Positions 26,591-36,822 are shown, counted from the first letter of the stretch. The stretch: DNA of 64,000 nucleotides from Bryobacteraceae bacterium (GCA_035455185.1 DATIFQ010000359.1:2248-66247), one strand, 5' to 3'. The notes: generated by a model not told the origin, from the sequence alone. Program-made: numbers and translations.

Positions 26591-26730
26591 TCCGGCGGAA
26601 CTGCCTGCCTGGCGCGTGCCCTCCGGACCTGCCCTGGGTGAATTCGCCCTGCGGTCCGGTTTCATCGCCGGAAGGCTTTTGAAGCCCGCAGGGAACTGAG
26701 CGGCCGCCAAGGCAGAGGGGAGGGAAACAG

Positions 26731-27618
26731 ATGGATCGCCGGTTTCTGACCGTCTTAGGGGTGAGCCTCCTGTTCGCCCTGGTAGTCGCTAGCGTGTTTT
26801 ACCAGATGAACGCGCGGTTCCGGGGCTCAGCTCGTAAACGGGACAAGCCGAAGCAGGCCGAGTTGGTCGTGGCGGCTGCCTCACTGCCGGTTGGCGTGAC
26901 CATTAAGCCCGCCGACGTCAAGGTAGTCAAGGTCGAAGGAGAGCGTTTTCCGAAGGGCGCCTTCGCGAAAGTGGAAGACGTGTTGGGCCGGCCGGTGGTA
27001 AGCAACATCCTGGCTGAAGAACCGGTTATGGAGGGACGGCTCGCGGAACGAGGCAGCGGCGTGGGCTTGGCGCCGGTTATCCCGGTGGGTATGCGTGCGG
27101 TCTCCGTTAAGGTGAACGAGGTCGTCGGGGTGGCAGGCTTTGTTCTGCCCGGGATGCGCGTCGATGTTCTGGCGACCTTGCGGCCCCAGAGCGGAGATGG
27201 TGCACGCACCTCAACCGTCTTGCAGAACATCCTCGTTCTCTCGGCGGGACAAAATATTCAGACTGACAGCCGCGGCCAGGCTGTCAACGTTCCAGTGGTC
27301 ACCCTGATGGTCTCACCCGAACAGGCCGAAACTCTGACGCTGGCCGGCAACGAGGGGCGTATCCAACTTGTGCTGCGCAATGGCGCGGACCAAACGGTCC
27401 AGCCGACGCCAGGCAAGGATCTTACAGAACTGTACGGCCACCGGAAGCCGCAACTCGCCGAGGTATCCGAAGCACGGCCAAGGCCACAACCCCAGCCGCG
27501 CGTCGCGCCGGCGCCGTTCCCTCCCCCAGCGCCGCCGGAACCGATCCGCGACGAGATCGTTGTGATTCGCGGAACGCAGAAAAGTCTCGAGGTGATCGGT
27601 GAAACGAAATCCAACTAG
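26731..27618 (+). CDS. cpaB: Flp pilus assembly protein CpaB/RcpC
   Basis: 295 aa with N-terminal TM LTVLGVSLLFALVVASVFY, a SAF-like segment VVAAASLPVGVTIKPADVKVVKV and an RcpC-type beta domain. The C-terminus is Pro-rich. Confidence 0.8.
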   Translation: MDRRFLTVLGVSLLFALVVASVFYQMNARFRGSARKRDKPKQAELVVAAASLPVGVTIKPADVKVVKVEGERFPKGAFAKVEDVLGRPVVSNILAEEPVMEGRLAERGSGVGLAPVIPVGMRAVSVKVNEVVGVAGFVLPGMRVDVLATLRPQSGDGARTSTVLQNILVLSAGQNIQTDSRGQAVNVPVVTLMVSPEQAETLTLAGNEGRIQLVLRNGADQTVQPTPGKDLTELYGHRKPQLAEVSEARPRPQPQPRVAPAPFPPPAPPEPIRDEIVVIRGTQKSLEVIGETKSN

Positions 27619-29002
27619 CCCTCCCAGGCCGGAAGCGAGGCGGCGGCGCCTTTTCTTGCTGATGTTGGGTCTCCTGGCTGCGATCGGCACGGCATCTCCG
27701 GCTCAGCCTCCGGCAGAGGACCTCGCGCTGGCCATCGGCGGCAGCGCCGTCATCGACTATCCGGAAGACATCGGCCGCCTCGCTACCAGCAATCCAGAGG
27801 TTGTTGATGCGTTAGCGGTAACCAAACGCGAGGTGCTTCTCCAGGCGAAGTCGCACGGCATGGCAACGATCGTCATCTGGTCCAAGTCCGGCCGGAGGGA
27901 TTTTTACCGGGCGACCGTTTCCTACAACCTGGAACCGGTCCGTAAGCTCCTGCGCGATACATTTCCCGGAGAGGAGATCCAGGTTCAGGCGGCGAAGGAT
28001 TCGCTCTCGCTAACGGGCAGGGTGAGCAGCCAGGCGGTGGCTGAGCGTGCCGGCACGCTCGTAACACCACTCGCAAAAAGTGTAGTCAACAATCTCGATG
28101 TTTCGAGCTCTGCTGAGAAGCAGATTCTGCTGCGAGTGCGTTTCGCCGAGCTTGACCACACTGCGTCGGCCAGCTTCGGGGCAAGTCTCATTTCAACCGG
28201 GGCTTTGAATACCCCCGGCCGGATCACAACCGGGCAGTTCTCCGCCCCAGCGCCGCAGAAGATCTTTCCGCCGGGACACGATCTCTCCGGGGTCACCGGC
28301 GTCATTCCGGGCGGCAACCCTGGGACCTTCAGCAACTTCTCGATTGGAGACGCGCTGAACATCTTCGCGTTCCGCCCCGACCTGAATCTCGGAGCGGTGA
28401 TCCAGGCGCTGCGGAACCGAGGCCTGTTGCAGATCCTGGCGGAACCAAACCTGGTGACGACAAACAACAAGGAAGCAAGCTTTCTGGTGGGCGGCGAGTT
28501 TCCGGTGCCGATCGTCCAGGGGGGCGCCAACGCAGGTGCGGTAACGGTGCAATTCCGCGAGTTTGGCATTCGGCTCGCGTTTCTCCCGGCGGTGACCGGG
28601 CACGACACGATCAAGCTTCATGTGAAGCCGGAGGTGTCGTCGCTCGACTTCGCCAACGGCATTTCGGTTTCCGGTTTCAGCATCCCTGCCCTGTCCACCC
28701 GCCGCATGGAGACAAACATCGAGCTCGGGCTGGGACAGAGCTTCGTGATCGCCGGCCTGATCGATGACCGCGCGACGGAAAATCTGGCGAAGATTCCCGG
28801 CCTTTCGCAGATCCCGGTTCTGGGGGCGCTCTTCAAGAGCCGCTCCGAGAAAAAGACGAAGACCGAGCTGATCGTGCTGGTCACGCCGGAGATCACCGGC
28901 CCGGTAGATGCGTCGCGGGTCCCCTCCGGCCCCACGATGCCGCTAGACTTCATTCCGAAAGTGGACCGGCCGCCGGCGGCCCGCGAAGAAGGCCGGAAGT
29001 AA
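27599..29002 (+). CDS. cpaC: Type II/III secretin-family pilus secretin CpaC/RcpA
   Basis: 467 aa with a signal peptide and a BON-like N-domain. Secretin core is LLQILAEPNLVTTNNKEASFLVGGEFPVP ... IPGLSQIPVLGALFKS...TELIVLVTPEI. Overlaps cpaB by 20 nt. Confidence 0.85.
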   Translation: MKRNPTSPPRPEARRRRLFLLMLGLLAAIGTASPAQPPAEDLALAIGGSAVIDYPEDIGRLATSNPEVVDALAVTKREVLLQAKSHGMATIVIWSKSGRRDFYRATVSYNLEPVRKLLRDTFPGEEIQVQAAKDSLSLTGRVSSQAVAERAGTLVTPLAKSVVNNLDVSSSAEKQILLRVRFAELDHTASASFGASLISTGALNTPGRITTGQFSAPAPQKIFPPGHDLSGVTGVIPGGNPGTFSNFSIGDALNIFAFRPDLNLGAVIQALRNRGLLQILAEPNLVTTNNKEASFLVGGEFPVPIVQGGANAGAVTVQFREFGIRLAFLPAVTGHDTIKLHVKPEVSSLDFANGISVSGFSIPALSTRRMETNIELGLGQSFVIAGLIDDRATENLAKIPGLSQIPVLGALFKSRSEKKTKTELIVLVTPEITGPVDASRVPSGPTMPLDFIPKVDRPPAAREEGRK

Positions 29003-29012
29003 GAGGCGAGGA

Positions 29013-30221
29013 ATGGGCCGGCCGGGCAAATGGCGAAGCGCGGAGTTGTCGGCGGTGTTGATTGCACCGGACCGGGAACTGGCGGCTCAATTCTGCCGGA
29101 CCCTGGAGACCACGCGTGCGTTTCAAATCGTCGCCGAGCTGAAGAAATACCCGAGTGAACAAACGCTCGATATCCGCCTGCGGCAACTCCGGCCGGACGC
29201 AGTACTGGTCGATCTCGCCAGCAACTTCGAGACGGCCGCCGGCCTGCTGCGGGCTCTGGCGGCGTTTCGGCCTGCCGTTCATGTGATCGGACTGCATCGA
29301 ACTAACGATCCGGACGTGGTGTTGCGGGCGCTGCAACTCGGGGCGAGCGAGTTCTTCCATGCGCCGTTTGACCCGGCCGTTCAGCGGGACGCCGTCGCCG
29401 GCTTCCTGAGGCTGCGCCGCGTCGAGGTCCAGGCCGGCGTTCCACCGGGAAAGGTCGTGGTGTTCTCCAGCGCCAAGCCCGGCTCCGGCGCATCCGTGCT
29501 GGCCTGCCAGACGGCGCTGGCCCTACGCGAGGCGACGGGCGAGCGGATCCTGCTCGCGGATCTCGACCTGACAGGCGGCACCGTGGGCTTCTACCTGAAA
29601 GTGAAGTGCGCGCACTCGCTGATCGACGCGGTGGAGCGATGCGAACACCTTGAACCGGCGGCATGGGCCGCGCTGACCACCACGTGCGATGGTCTCGATG
29701 TGCTGCCGGCCCCGGCTGTTCCTCGTGAAGCGAACCCAGACAACGACCGCCTGAGAGCGGTGCTCGATCAGTCGCGCCACCTCTACGACTGGGTCCTGCT
29801 CGACCTGCCGGCGATCTTCCACCCGGTGAGCCTGACCGCGTTAGTCGAATGCGACAGCGCGTTTCTCGTCTCGACCGCGGAACTGCCCAGCCTGCATCTT
29901 GCCCGGAAGGCCGTGACCCTGCTCGCACAGTTGGGAATCGGCAAGGAACGGCTGAACGTTCTAGTGAACCAAGCAGGCCGGGGAGACGGCATGAGCGGAT
30001 CGGACTTGGAAAAGATCTTTGGCTGCGCCGTCCATTCGTCCTTTCCTAGCGATTATTCCTCGCTTCATAAGGTGGTGACTCTCGGGGAAGCTGTGGCTCC
30101 GGATTCGAATCTCGGGAAGGCGGTGGGAGAGTTTGCCAGCCGGTTGGCAGGCCTCGCCCGGAGTGAGAAGCGGCGGGCAGGCATGGTGTTCAATTCAGAC
30201 CCGGCCTTCGCCGGAACGTAA
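29013..30221 (+). CDS. cpaE: TadZ/CpaE pilus-localisation protein (receiver-like + atypical ParA/MinD domain)
   Basis: 402 aa with receiver-like N-domain AVLIAPDRELA. The atypical P-loop is VVVFSSAKPGSGASVLA (no GK[ST]), followed by LLADLDL and VLLDLP. Confidence 0.75.
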   Translation: MGRPGKWRSAELSAVLIAPDRELAAQFCRTLETTRAFQIVAELKKYPSEQTLDIRLRQLRPDAVLVDLASNFETAAGLLRALAAFRPAVHVIGLHRTNDPDVVLRALQLGASEFFHAPFDPAVQRDAVAGFLRLRRVEVQAGVPPGKVVVFSSAKPGSGASVLACQTALALREATGERILLADLDLTGGTVGFYLKVKCAHSLIDAVERCEHLEPAAWAALTTTCDGLDVLPAPAVPREANPDNDRLRAVLDQSRHLYDWVLLDLPAIFHPVSLTALVECDSAFLVSTAELPSLHLARKAVTLLAQLGIGKERLNVLVNQAGRGDGMSGSDLEKIFGCAVHSSFPSDYSSLHKVVTLGEAVAPDSNLGKAVGEFASRLAGLARSEKRRAGMVFNSDPAFAGT

Positions 30222-30242
30222 GTCGGAGCGACGGGAAACAGT

Positions 30243-31604
30243 ATGTTGACACACGGGGACACAAAAGCTTCGGCGGAGGTTACCTGGGAGCAGCGGCTGC
30301 TTCGGAACTCTGCCCGCCCCAAAACCGCCCTGAAGCCTGAATGTCAGGAACTGAAATTCATCCTCCACCGAAAGCTGCTCGAGAAGATCAATCTCGAGGC
30401 GCTGGCAACCATCGAGAACCAGCGTGTGCGCGGCGAGGTCCGGCAGGCGCTCATCACGCTGATGGAGGGCGAGCCCACGCTGTTGAGCTCACTGGAGAAA
30501 CAACAGATCGTCGAGGAAGTGCTCGACGAGGTCTTCGGACTCGGTCCGCTTGAGGCGCTGCTTCAGGACACAACCATCTCCGACATCCTCGTGAACACCC
30601 ACCGGGCGGTCTTCGTCGAGCGGCGCGGTCTTCTGGAGCCGACCAACGTCAGTTTTCGAGACGACAACCACTTGCTTCACATCATCGACAAGATCGTCTC
30701 GCAGGTAGGTCGCCGGATTGACGAATCGACTCCGATGGTGGATGCGCGGCTCAGCGACGGCTCACGCGTGAACGCGATCATCCCGCCGCTCGCTGTAGAC
30801 GGGCCGCTGTTGTCGATTCGCCGTTTCTCGGTCGACAAACTGATGCCGCGGGACTTGGTGGAGCGCAAGGCGATGACGCCGGGCATGATGGATCTCCTTG
30901 AAGCGGCCGTAAAGGCCCGGTTGAACATCATCATCGCCGGGGGGACCGGCGCCGGAAAGACCACGCTGCTGAACGCGCTGTCGGCCTTCATCGCCCCCCG
31001 GGAGCGTATCGTCACCATCGAAGACGCGGCCGAACTTCAATTGAAACAGCCGCATGTCTGCCGGTTGGAAACCAGGCCAGCCAACCTGGAGGGACAAGGA
31101 GCGGTCCGCCAGCGGGAGTTGCTGGTCAACAGTCTCCGCATGCGGCCGGACCGTGTCGTCGTCGGCGAGGTCCGCGGTGCGGAGGCTCTCGACATGCTTC
31201 AGGCGATGAACACAGGTCACGACGGATCGCTGACGACGGTCCACGCCAACAGTCCGCGCGACGCGATCTCGCGCCTCGAGGTGATGGTCTCGCTGGCAAA
31301 CGCAAACATGCAGTTGAGTGCCATTCGCCAACAGATCGCGAGCGCGGTACATCTGTTCGTCCAGGCGGCGCGTCTGAGCGACGGCTCTCGCCGTGTAGTT
31401 AACGTCACCGAAGTGACCGGCATGGAGGGCGAGGTCATTACACTCCAGGACATCTTCGTCTTCGAGAAGCGCGGCCTGTCACCCGAGGGCAGGGTCATCG
31501 GCAGATTCGCCGCGACTGGCATCCGCCCGCGGTTTTACGAGAAGTTTCTTGCCGCCGGCATCCAACTTCGCCCGGACCTGTTCGACGAGCAGTTGGAGAT
31601 CTGA
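30243..31604 (+). CDS. cpaF: CpaF/TadA secretion ATPase
   Basis: 453 aa with Walker [26 protein letters not shown], Walker B/His box [32 protein letters not shown]. Confidence 0.92.
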   Translation: MLTHGDTKASAEVTWEQRLLRNSARPKTALKPECQELKFILHRKLLEKINLEALATIENQRVRGEVRQALITLMEGEPTLLSSLEKQQIVEEVLDEVFGLGPLEALLQDTTISDILVNTHRAVFVERRGLLEPTNVSFRDDNHLLHIIDKIVSQVGRRIDESTPMVDARLSDGSRVNAIIPPLAVDGPLLSIRRFSVDKLMPRDLVERKAMTPGMMDLLEAAVKARLNIIIAGGTGAGKTTLLNALSAFIAPRERIVTIEDAAELQLKQPHVCRLETRPANLEGQGAVRQRELLVNSLRMRPDRVVVGEVRGAEALDMLQAMNTGHDGSLTTVHANSPRDAISRLEVMVSLANANMQLSAIRQQIASAVHLFVQAARLSDGSRRVVNVTEVTGMEGEVITLQDIFVFEKRGLSPEGRVIGRFAATGIRPRFYEKFLAAGIQLRPDLFDEQLEI

Positions 31605-31615
31605 GGAGGTAGGAG

Positions 31616-32596
31616 GTGGCGTTCTTCTGGATCCTGTTTGTCACCCTCTGGCTGCTGGCGATTGCCTGCTGGTGGTGTGCCTCGAGGGTGCTGCGGAATT
31701 CCGATCGCAGCCGCATCCGCGGCCGTTTGCTCGGCACGCCAAGCTCCAGCACCGGCAAGAAGGAGGGTTCGCCGGCGCCGGTGCTGATTCCGACCGAGGA
31801 CAAGGATACGGGGAAGATCGTCCTGCGGCTGCTTGACCGCTTCCGGTTGAACGTCCGCCTCCAGGAACTCCTGGAGCAGTCCGGCCTCAAGTGGCACGTC
31901 GCCAGGCTGACGCACGCATGCCTGGCGCTGGCGCTTGCCGGATTCGCAATCGGCGGGTGGACGGCGCCCCCAGGCCACGCGGAGATTCCGGTCCTGCTCG
32001 CGTGCGCTGGTGGCGCGCTTCCGCTTCTGCTGGTGTCGCGGAAGCGAAGGAAACGGCTACGCCGCTTTGAGGAACAGTTTCCGGACAGCCTGGAATTCGT
32101 AGCACGATCCATGCGTGCCGGGCATGCGTTCTCGGTGTCGCTCGAAATGTTGCACCGCGAGTTTCAGGATCCATTGGCCTCGGAGTTCCACCGCACGTTC
32201 GACGAACACAATCTTGGCCTGCCGCTCGACGCCGCACTCGAAAAACTGGCGCGGCGAGTGCCGCTGATGGATGTTCACTTCTTCGTGTCGGCGGTGCTGC
32301 TGCAAAAGCGGACGGGTGGCAACCTAGCCGAACTGCTCGACAAGCTGGCCTACGTCATTCGTGAGCGGTTTAAGCTTCGTGGCCGCATCCGGGCGGTCAG
32401 CGCGCACGGCCGGATGACGGGTGCGGCGCTGTCCACAATCCCGGTGGGAGTGGCGGGAATGATGTTCTTCGTCAACCGGGAGTACGTCACCTTTTTCGCC
32501 AACGACCCGACCGGCCAGTGGATGGCCGGGGGCGCGGTGGCGCTTCAGTTGATCGGCTACGGAATCATCAGAAAGATCGTGTCCATCGAGGTATGA
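31616..32596 (+). CDS. tadB: TadB (type II secretion F-domain inner-membrane platform protein)
   Basis: 326 aa with a GTG start after GAGGAGGTAGGAG. T2SS-F-like segments are FPDSLEFVARSMRAGHAF and LLQKRTGGNLAELLDKLA. Confidence 0.85.
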   Translation: MAFFWILFVTLWLLAIACWWCASRVLRNSDRSRIRGRLLGTPSSSTGKKEGSPAPVLIPTEDKDTGKIVLRLLDRFRLNVRLQELLEQSGLKWHVARLTHACLALALAGFAIGGWTAPPGHAEIPVLLACAGGALPLLLVSRKRRKRLRRFEEQFPDSLEFVARSMRAGHAFSVSLEMLHREFQDPLASEFHRTFDEHNLGLPLDAALEKLARRVPLMDVHFFVSAVLLQKRTGGNLAELLDKLAYVIRERFKLRGRIRAVSAHGRMTGAALSTIPVGVAGMMFFVNREYVTFFANDPTGQWMAGGAVALQLIGYGIIRKIVSIEV

Positions 32597-32673
32597 GGCG
32601 TGGAACAAGTCAGCAAAACCGGCGGACGGCACCGTTGCCCGGCGGCGAGAAGGTTTCGGAACGGATGTGAGAA

Positions 32674-33594
32674 ATGGAACTGCTGCTGACTGGGATCCTG
32701 TTCGTGGTTGTCATGGGCGCCGTCTCGGCGGCGGGAGTACGGCTCTGGGTTAGGCCGAAAGCGGCGATGGAGCGTGTCACCGGAGCGATTGTCGGCGCAG
32801 AACGCGGTGTCCCGGTTCATCCGAGCTTAGTCTTTCGGGATCTGATCCACCGAATGGGCGCGCTGCTTCCAGCGTCCAGCCGGGAGGCAGGGCTGACACA
32901 ACGGCGGATGATTCGAGCTGGCTTCCGGAATCCCGGCGCGGTCAAGATCCTCTACGGCGCCAAGATCTTTCTCGGAGCCGTTCTCCCACTCGCTGCCGGC
33001 CTCGCTGTCGCCGGGTGGGAGGGGCCGTCGGATACCAAGATGGTCGTCGTCGCCGGCGCAGCGGCGGCTGGGTTTATGGCTCCCGGATACTGCTTGAAGC
33101 TGGTGGTAAAGCGAAGGCAGAAGCGTATCCGGCGCGGGCTGCCGGACGCGTTGGACCTGCTGGTGATCTGTGTCGAATCGGGGCTGGGGCTCGACCAGGC
33201 CATCCTCCAGGCCGCCAAGGAACTCGAAATCTCCCATCCCGCCATCAGCGAGGAATTCGCGCTCGTCAACCTCGAGCTGAAAGCCGGCAAGCGGCGTGCC
33301 GAAGCGCTGCGAAACTTGGCCGACCGGACGTCGGTGGACGAACTCAAGAAGCTCGTTGCTGTCCTCATCCAGGCGGACCGGTTCGGCACGAGCATTTCGC
33401 AGAGCCTGCGTACGCATTCGGACTTCATGCGCGTGCAGGCGCGCCAGCAGGCGGAGGAGAAGGCGGCCAAGCTCGGCGTGAAGCTGGTGTTCCCGATCTT
33501 CTTCTGTATCCTGCCGACGCTCTTTGTAGTGACTGTCGGCCCGGTGGCGGTGCGGATCGTCCGTGACCTGCTCCCGATGATGAACAACATGTAG
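32674..33594 (+). CDS. tadC: TadC (type II secretion F-domain inner-membrane platform protein)
   Basis: 306 aa with LPDALDLLVICVESGLGLDQA and LIQADRFGTSISQSLR, plus C-terminal TM helices. Confidence 0.85.
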   Translation: MELLLTGILFVVVMGAVSAAGVRLWVRPKAAMERVTGAIVGAERGVPVHPSLVFRDLIHRMGALLPASSREAGLTQRRMIRAGFRNPGAVKILYGAKIFLGAVLPLAAGLAVAGWEGPSDTKMVVVAGAAAAGFMAPGYCLKLVVKRRQKRIRRGLPDALDLLVICVESGLGLDQAILQAAKELEISHPAISEEFALVNLELKAGKRRAEALRNLADRTSVDELKKLVAVLIQADRFGTSISQSLRTHSDFMRVQARQQAEEKAAKLGVKLVFPIFFCILPTLFVVTVGPVAVRIVRDLLPMMNNM

Positions 33595-33630
33595 CCGCAA
33601 GGCGCGGCGACTTTGGAAAGGAGAAACGCA

Positions 33631-33723
33631 ATGGACTCTTTCACGATTCGGATCATTTGCACCGTGCTCGCGGTGCTGCTGCTAGGCGTAATTGTCCTTC
33701 GGCGTCGCAAGAGCGCCGAATAA
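33631..33723 (+). CDS. 30-aa single-pass membrane microprotein downstream of tadC (not in the ORF track)
   Basis: Sequence is MDSFTIRIICTVLAVLLLGVIVLRRRKSAE. A strong SD (AAGGAG) lies 7 nt upstream of the ATG, 36 nt after the tadC stop. It is one hydrophobic helix followed by RRRK. No Flp G/XXXXEY processing motif. Confidence 0.45.
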   Translation: MDSFTIRIICTVLAVLLLGVIVLRRRKSAE

Positions 33724-33847
33724 ACGGCCAGGGACCGGATACCCGGGCCAACACTGAGGTCGCACCGACGAGCGTCGCCACCGCTGGCTGTGGGTCGCGC
33801 CGCAGTCCAGCAGGGGCGGGACCGAGGGTGCATGTAAGGAGGAGTAC

Positions 33848-36811
33848 GTGATGAAAAGGGAAGCATGGTGGAGCCTTGTTCTGTGCGGCTGCCTGGCGGC
33901 GCCGGTATGCGGGGGCACATTCGGGAAGGCTGTCTCGATCGGAGGGCACGCGTCCGATCTCGTCCTCGACGAAACGCGCGGCGAGCTCTACGTCGCGAAT
34001 TTCACAGCGAACCGGATCGAGGCACTGGCGGTCCCCGATGGCACACTGAAACACTCGATCAACGTCGCGCCGCAGCCCGGCTCGCTCGCCCTCTCGCCCG
34101 ACGGCCGCTACCTGCTCGTCACGCACTACGCCAACTACCAGACCCCCGGCATGCCCCGTAACGCCATTACCCTGCTCGATCTCGCGACCGGCGCCAGGCA
34201 GACTTTCGCGCTCTCGGCGCCGCCGCTCGGGGCTGCCTTCCTGATCAACGGCCGCGCGCTGATCGTAACCACCACGGAATTCCTCTCGTTTGAGCCGGTC
34301 TCCGGCACCGTCCGGCTGCTCGATACGGTGGAAGGAGTCACGGCCACAACGCTCCCGGCGCCGCCGGCCAACTTTCCCCCACAGATCATCGCCGCCTCGG
34401 TGGCCGCCTCGCGGGACCAACAGGTGGTCTACGGCCTTACCGACACTATCCGCTTCCGCTACGATCTACTCAGCGGCCGCGTCGTCTCCCTCGGCTACAC
34501 CGCGGAGCCGCCGCTCGGGCCGCGCGTGGTCAGCGTCAGCCGGGATGGCGCGTATTACACCGCCGGATGGGCGCTCTTTGACCGTCAGGGCTCCGTGATC
34601 GCTCAGTTTCCCGGCGCTTCCGGGCTTCTCAATGTCGGCAGCCACGCCATCGACTCGGACCGCGGAGTGATTTACGCTCAGATCCCGGCAGAAGAGGGCG
34701 CGCCACCGGTCTTGATGATCGCCGACGCGGACAATCTCACGGTGCGCGAACGGGTCCAACTGCCTGAAAACCTCGCCGGCCGCAGCGTGCTTAGCTCCGA
34801 CGGTTCCATGATGTATTCGGCTTCCGACAGCGGGGTGCTCATTCTGCCGGTGGGAAACTACAGCCGCGCCCGCCGCTTGAAAACCTCGTCGGAGGAGATC
34901 TTCCTACGGACAGGATTCTGCAACCGCCGGGTGGCGGTTCAGGGTCTCTGGATCGAAGACGAAAGCGGCGCCACCACTGACTTCACGATCGCCTCAAGCC
35001 ATCCCGCAATCACCGTATCGCCGTCTTACGGAACCACGCCGGCCCGGGTGGAGGTCCGGGCTGATCCGAACGCCCTTCAGAACCGATCTGGCACGGCTGT
35101 GGCCTGGCTGGACATCCGCTCGTCCGGGGCGGTGAATCTGCCGTCCCGTGTACGCGTGCTGGCCAGTCTCCTCGAACCTGACCAGCGTGGCACCGTGATC
35201 CACATCCCGGGACGCCTGGTCGACATTCTCGCCGACCCTGTTCGCAATCGCTTCTATGTGCTGCGACAGGACCGGAACGAGGTTCTGGTCTTCGACGCCG
35301 CCGACTACCGCCGGATCGCCGTCCTCCGAACCGGAAACACGCCCACGCAAATGGCGATCACCGCCGACCGCCGTCTCCTGCTCGTCGGCAACGATAACTC
35401 CCAAATTGCGAATGTCTACGATCTCGATACCCTGGTACAGACCGCTCCGGTACGCTTCCCGCCCGGTCATTACCCACGGTCTCTGGCGGCGGCCGCTGGA
35501 GCTATTCTAGCCGCCTCCCGCGTGGCCGGCCCGAACCACACGATCGATCGCGTCGACTTGCTCACCCGCACCGCCAGCGAATTGCCCACACTCGGCGTTT
35601 ACGAGAACAAGGTCGATCTCCACACAGTTTTGGTAGCCTCCGGCAACGGCTCCTCCATCCTGGTCGCCGAGGCGGACGGCAGCCTCATGCTTTACGACGC
35701 CAACGCCGCCACATTCACCATCTCACGGAAGGACTACACGTCTCTCGAAGGCGCGTATGCCGCATCGAACAGCGGCATGTTCGTGGTCGATAACCTTTTA
35801 CTGAACTCGTCTCTTGTCCCGGTCGGGCGCTTCGAGAAGGGAGCGAACCTTTCCTCGGGCTTCGCCTTCGACGGCGATTCCGGCTTGCTGACCCTCGCTC
35901 CCCCTGGAGGAGGCGCCGGGGTAATGGAACGCGTCGACCTCTCCTCGGCGGCCGCTGTCCGGCCGACCAGGATCGCCGAAGCGCCACCGGAGCGTGAACC
36001 AGGCTTTGCGCTGACTCGCACGCTCGCGCCGCTGGCCAACCGCCAGGCGATCGTCTCGCTTACGACCGCCGGGTTTACCGTGCTTTCCTGGAACTACGAT
36101 GCCGCAACCGCGCCGCCCAGAATCGACGCCGTCGTCAACGCCGCCGACTTCAGCCGGCCAGTGGCCCCCGGCGGACTGATCGCCGTATTCGGTGAGGACC
36201 TGAGCCCGGTGAATATGGCCACGAGCGAGATGCCGCTTCCCACCGCCCTCGGCGACACGTGCCTCACCGTCAACGGAGCACCTGTACCAATGCTGTTCGT
36301 GTCACCCGGACAGGTGAACGCCCAGTTGCCGTTTGAGGCCGAGGGAAACGTTACGCTGGCCCTGCACACGCCGGGAGGCGTCAGCGACAACTTTCCGCTG
36401 AGTGTGTCGTCCACTGCTCCGAGCCTGTTCCACAGCGGATCTGCTGGACCGTTGGTAGACATAGCGACCGTCGTGCGCGCCGAGAACAACCAGCTCGCCA
36501 CTCAAGCCAATCCCGTTCACGGCGGCGACGCCCTCGTGATCTACCTCACCGGACTTGGCCGCGTTTGGCCGGCCGTTCCCGCCGGCTCTGCCGCACCGTA
36601 CGATCCCCTCGCACAGGTTGTGATCCCGCCTGCGGTCACGCTCGGCGGCACGGAACTGCCGGTACTGTACGCCGGCCTTACGCCGGGTTGTGCCGGCGTC
36701 TATCAGATCAACGTCCGTGTGCCGCATTGGGCCCCGGCAGGCAGCAAGGTTCCGCTGACGATCGATCAAGGGGACTCTTCGACCACCGTTACCGTCCGCG
36801 TCGTGCAATAA
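33848..36811 (+). CDS. Large secreted/surface beta-propeller-repeat protein with two C-terminal Ig-like (Solibacter-type C-terminal) domains
   Basis: 987 aa with a signal/lipoprotein-like N-terminus MMKREAWWSLVLCGCLAAPVCGG. YVTN/YncE-like repeats include ELYVANFTANRIEAL, LALSPDGRYLLVTH and RFYVLRQDRNEVLVFD. There are two C-terminal repeats of the pattern NAADFS..VAPGGLIAVFGEDLSP...LTVNGAPVPMLFVSPGQVNAQLP. Confidence 0.7.
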   Translation: MMKREAWWSLVLCGCLAAPVCGGTFGKAVSIGGHASDLVLDETRGELYVANFTANRIEALAVPDGTLKHSINVAPQPGSLALSPDGRYLLVTHYANYQTPGMPRNAITLLDLATGARQTFALSAPPLGAAFLINGRALIVTTTEFLSFEPVSGTVRLLDTVEGVTATTLPAPPANFPPQIIAASVAASRDQQVVYGLTDTIRFRYDLLSGRVVSLGYTAEPPLGPRVVSVSRDGAYYTAGWALFDRQGSVIAQFPGASGLLNVGSHAIDSDRGVIYAQIPAEEGAPPVLMIADADNLTVRERVQLPENLAGRSVLSSDGSMMYSASDSGVLILPVGNYSRARRLKTSSEEIFLRTGFCNRRVAVQGLWIEDESGATTDFTIASSHPAITVSPSYGTTPARVEVRADPNALQNRSGTAVAWLDIRSSGAVNLPSRVRVLASLLEPDQRGTVIHIPGRLVDILADPVRNRFYVLRQDRNEVLVFDAADYRRIAVLRTGNTPTQMAITADRRLLLVGNDNSQIANVYDLDTLVQTAPVRFPPGHYPRSLAAAAGAILAASRVAGPNHTIDRVDLLTRTASELPTLGVYENKVDLHTVLVASGNGSSILVAEADGSLMLYDANAATFTISRKDYTSLEGAYAASNSGMFVVDNLLLNSSLVPVGRFEKGANLSSGFAFDGDSGLLTLAPPGGGAGVMERVDLSSAAAVRPTRIAEAPPEREPGFALTRTLAPLANRQAIVSLTTAGFTVLSWNYDAATAPPRIDAVVNAADFSRPVAPGGLIAVFGEDLSPVNMATSEMPLPTALGDTCLTVNGAPVPMLFVSPGQVNAQLPFEAEGNVTLALHTPGGVSDNFPLSVSSTAPSLFHSGSAGPLVDIATVVRAENNQLATQANPVHGGDALVIYLTGLGRVWPAVPAGSAAPYDPLAQVVIPPAVTLGGTELPVLYAGLTPGCAGVYQINVRVPHWAPAGSKVPLTIDQGDSSTTVTVRVVQ

Positions 36812-36822
36812 GTCCAATCGAA

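Noticed and set aside
26591-26730. I searched the spacer upstream of cpaB for a Flp pilin gene.
   Set aside because: No ATG/GTG ORF with a hydrophobic segment or G/XXXXEY motif appears in any frame on either strand.
30095-30115. A T-loop-like GGATTCGAATC string that might suggest a tRNA.
   Set aside because: It lies inside the tadZ/cpaE coding frame, and no acceptor, D or anticodon arms can be drawn around it. I found no tRNA anywhere in the window.
32592-32669. A 25-codon ORF (MRRGTSQQNRRTAPLPGGEKVSERM) overlapping the tadB stop.
   Set aside because: It has no hydrophobic or pilin-like character and no SD. It is most likely spacer sequence between tadB and tadC.
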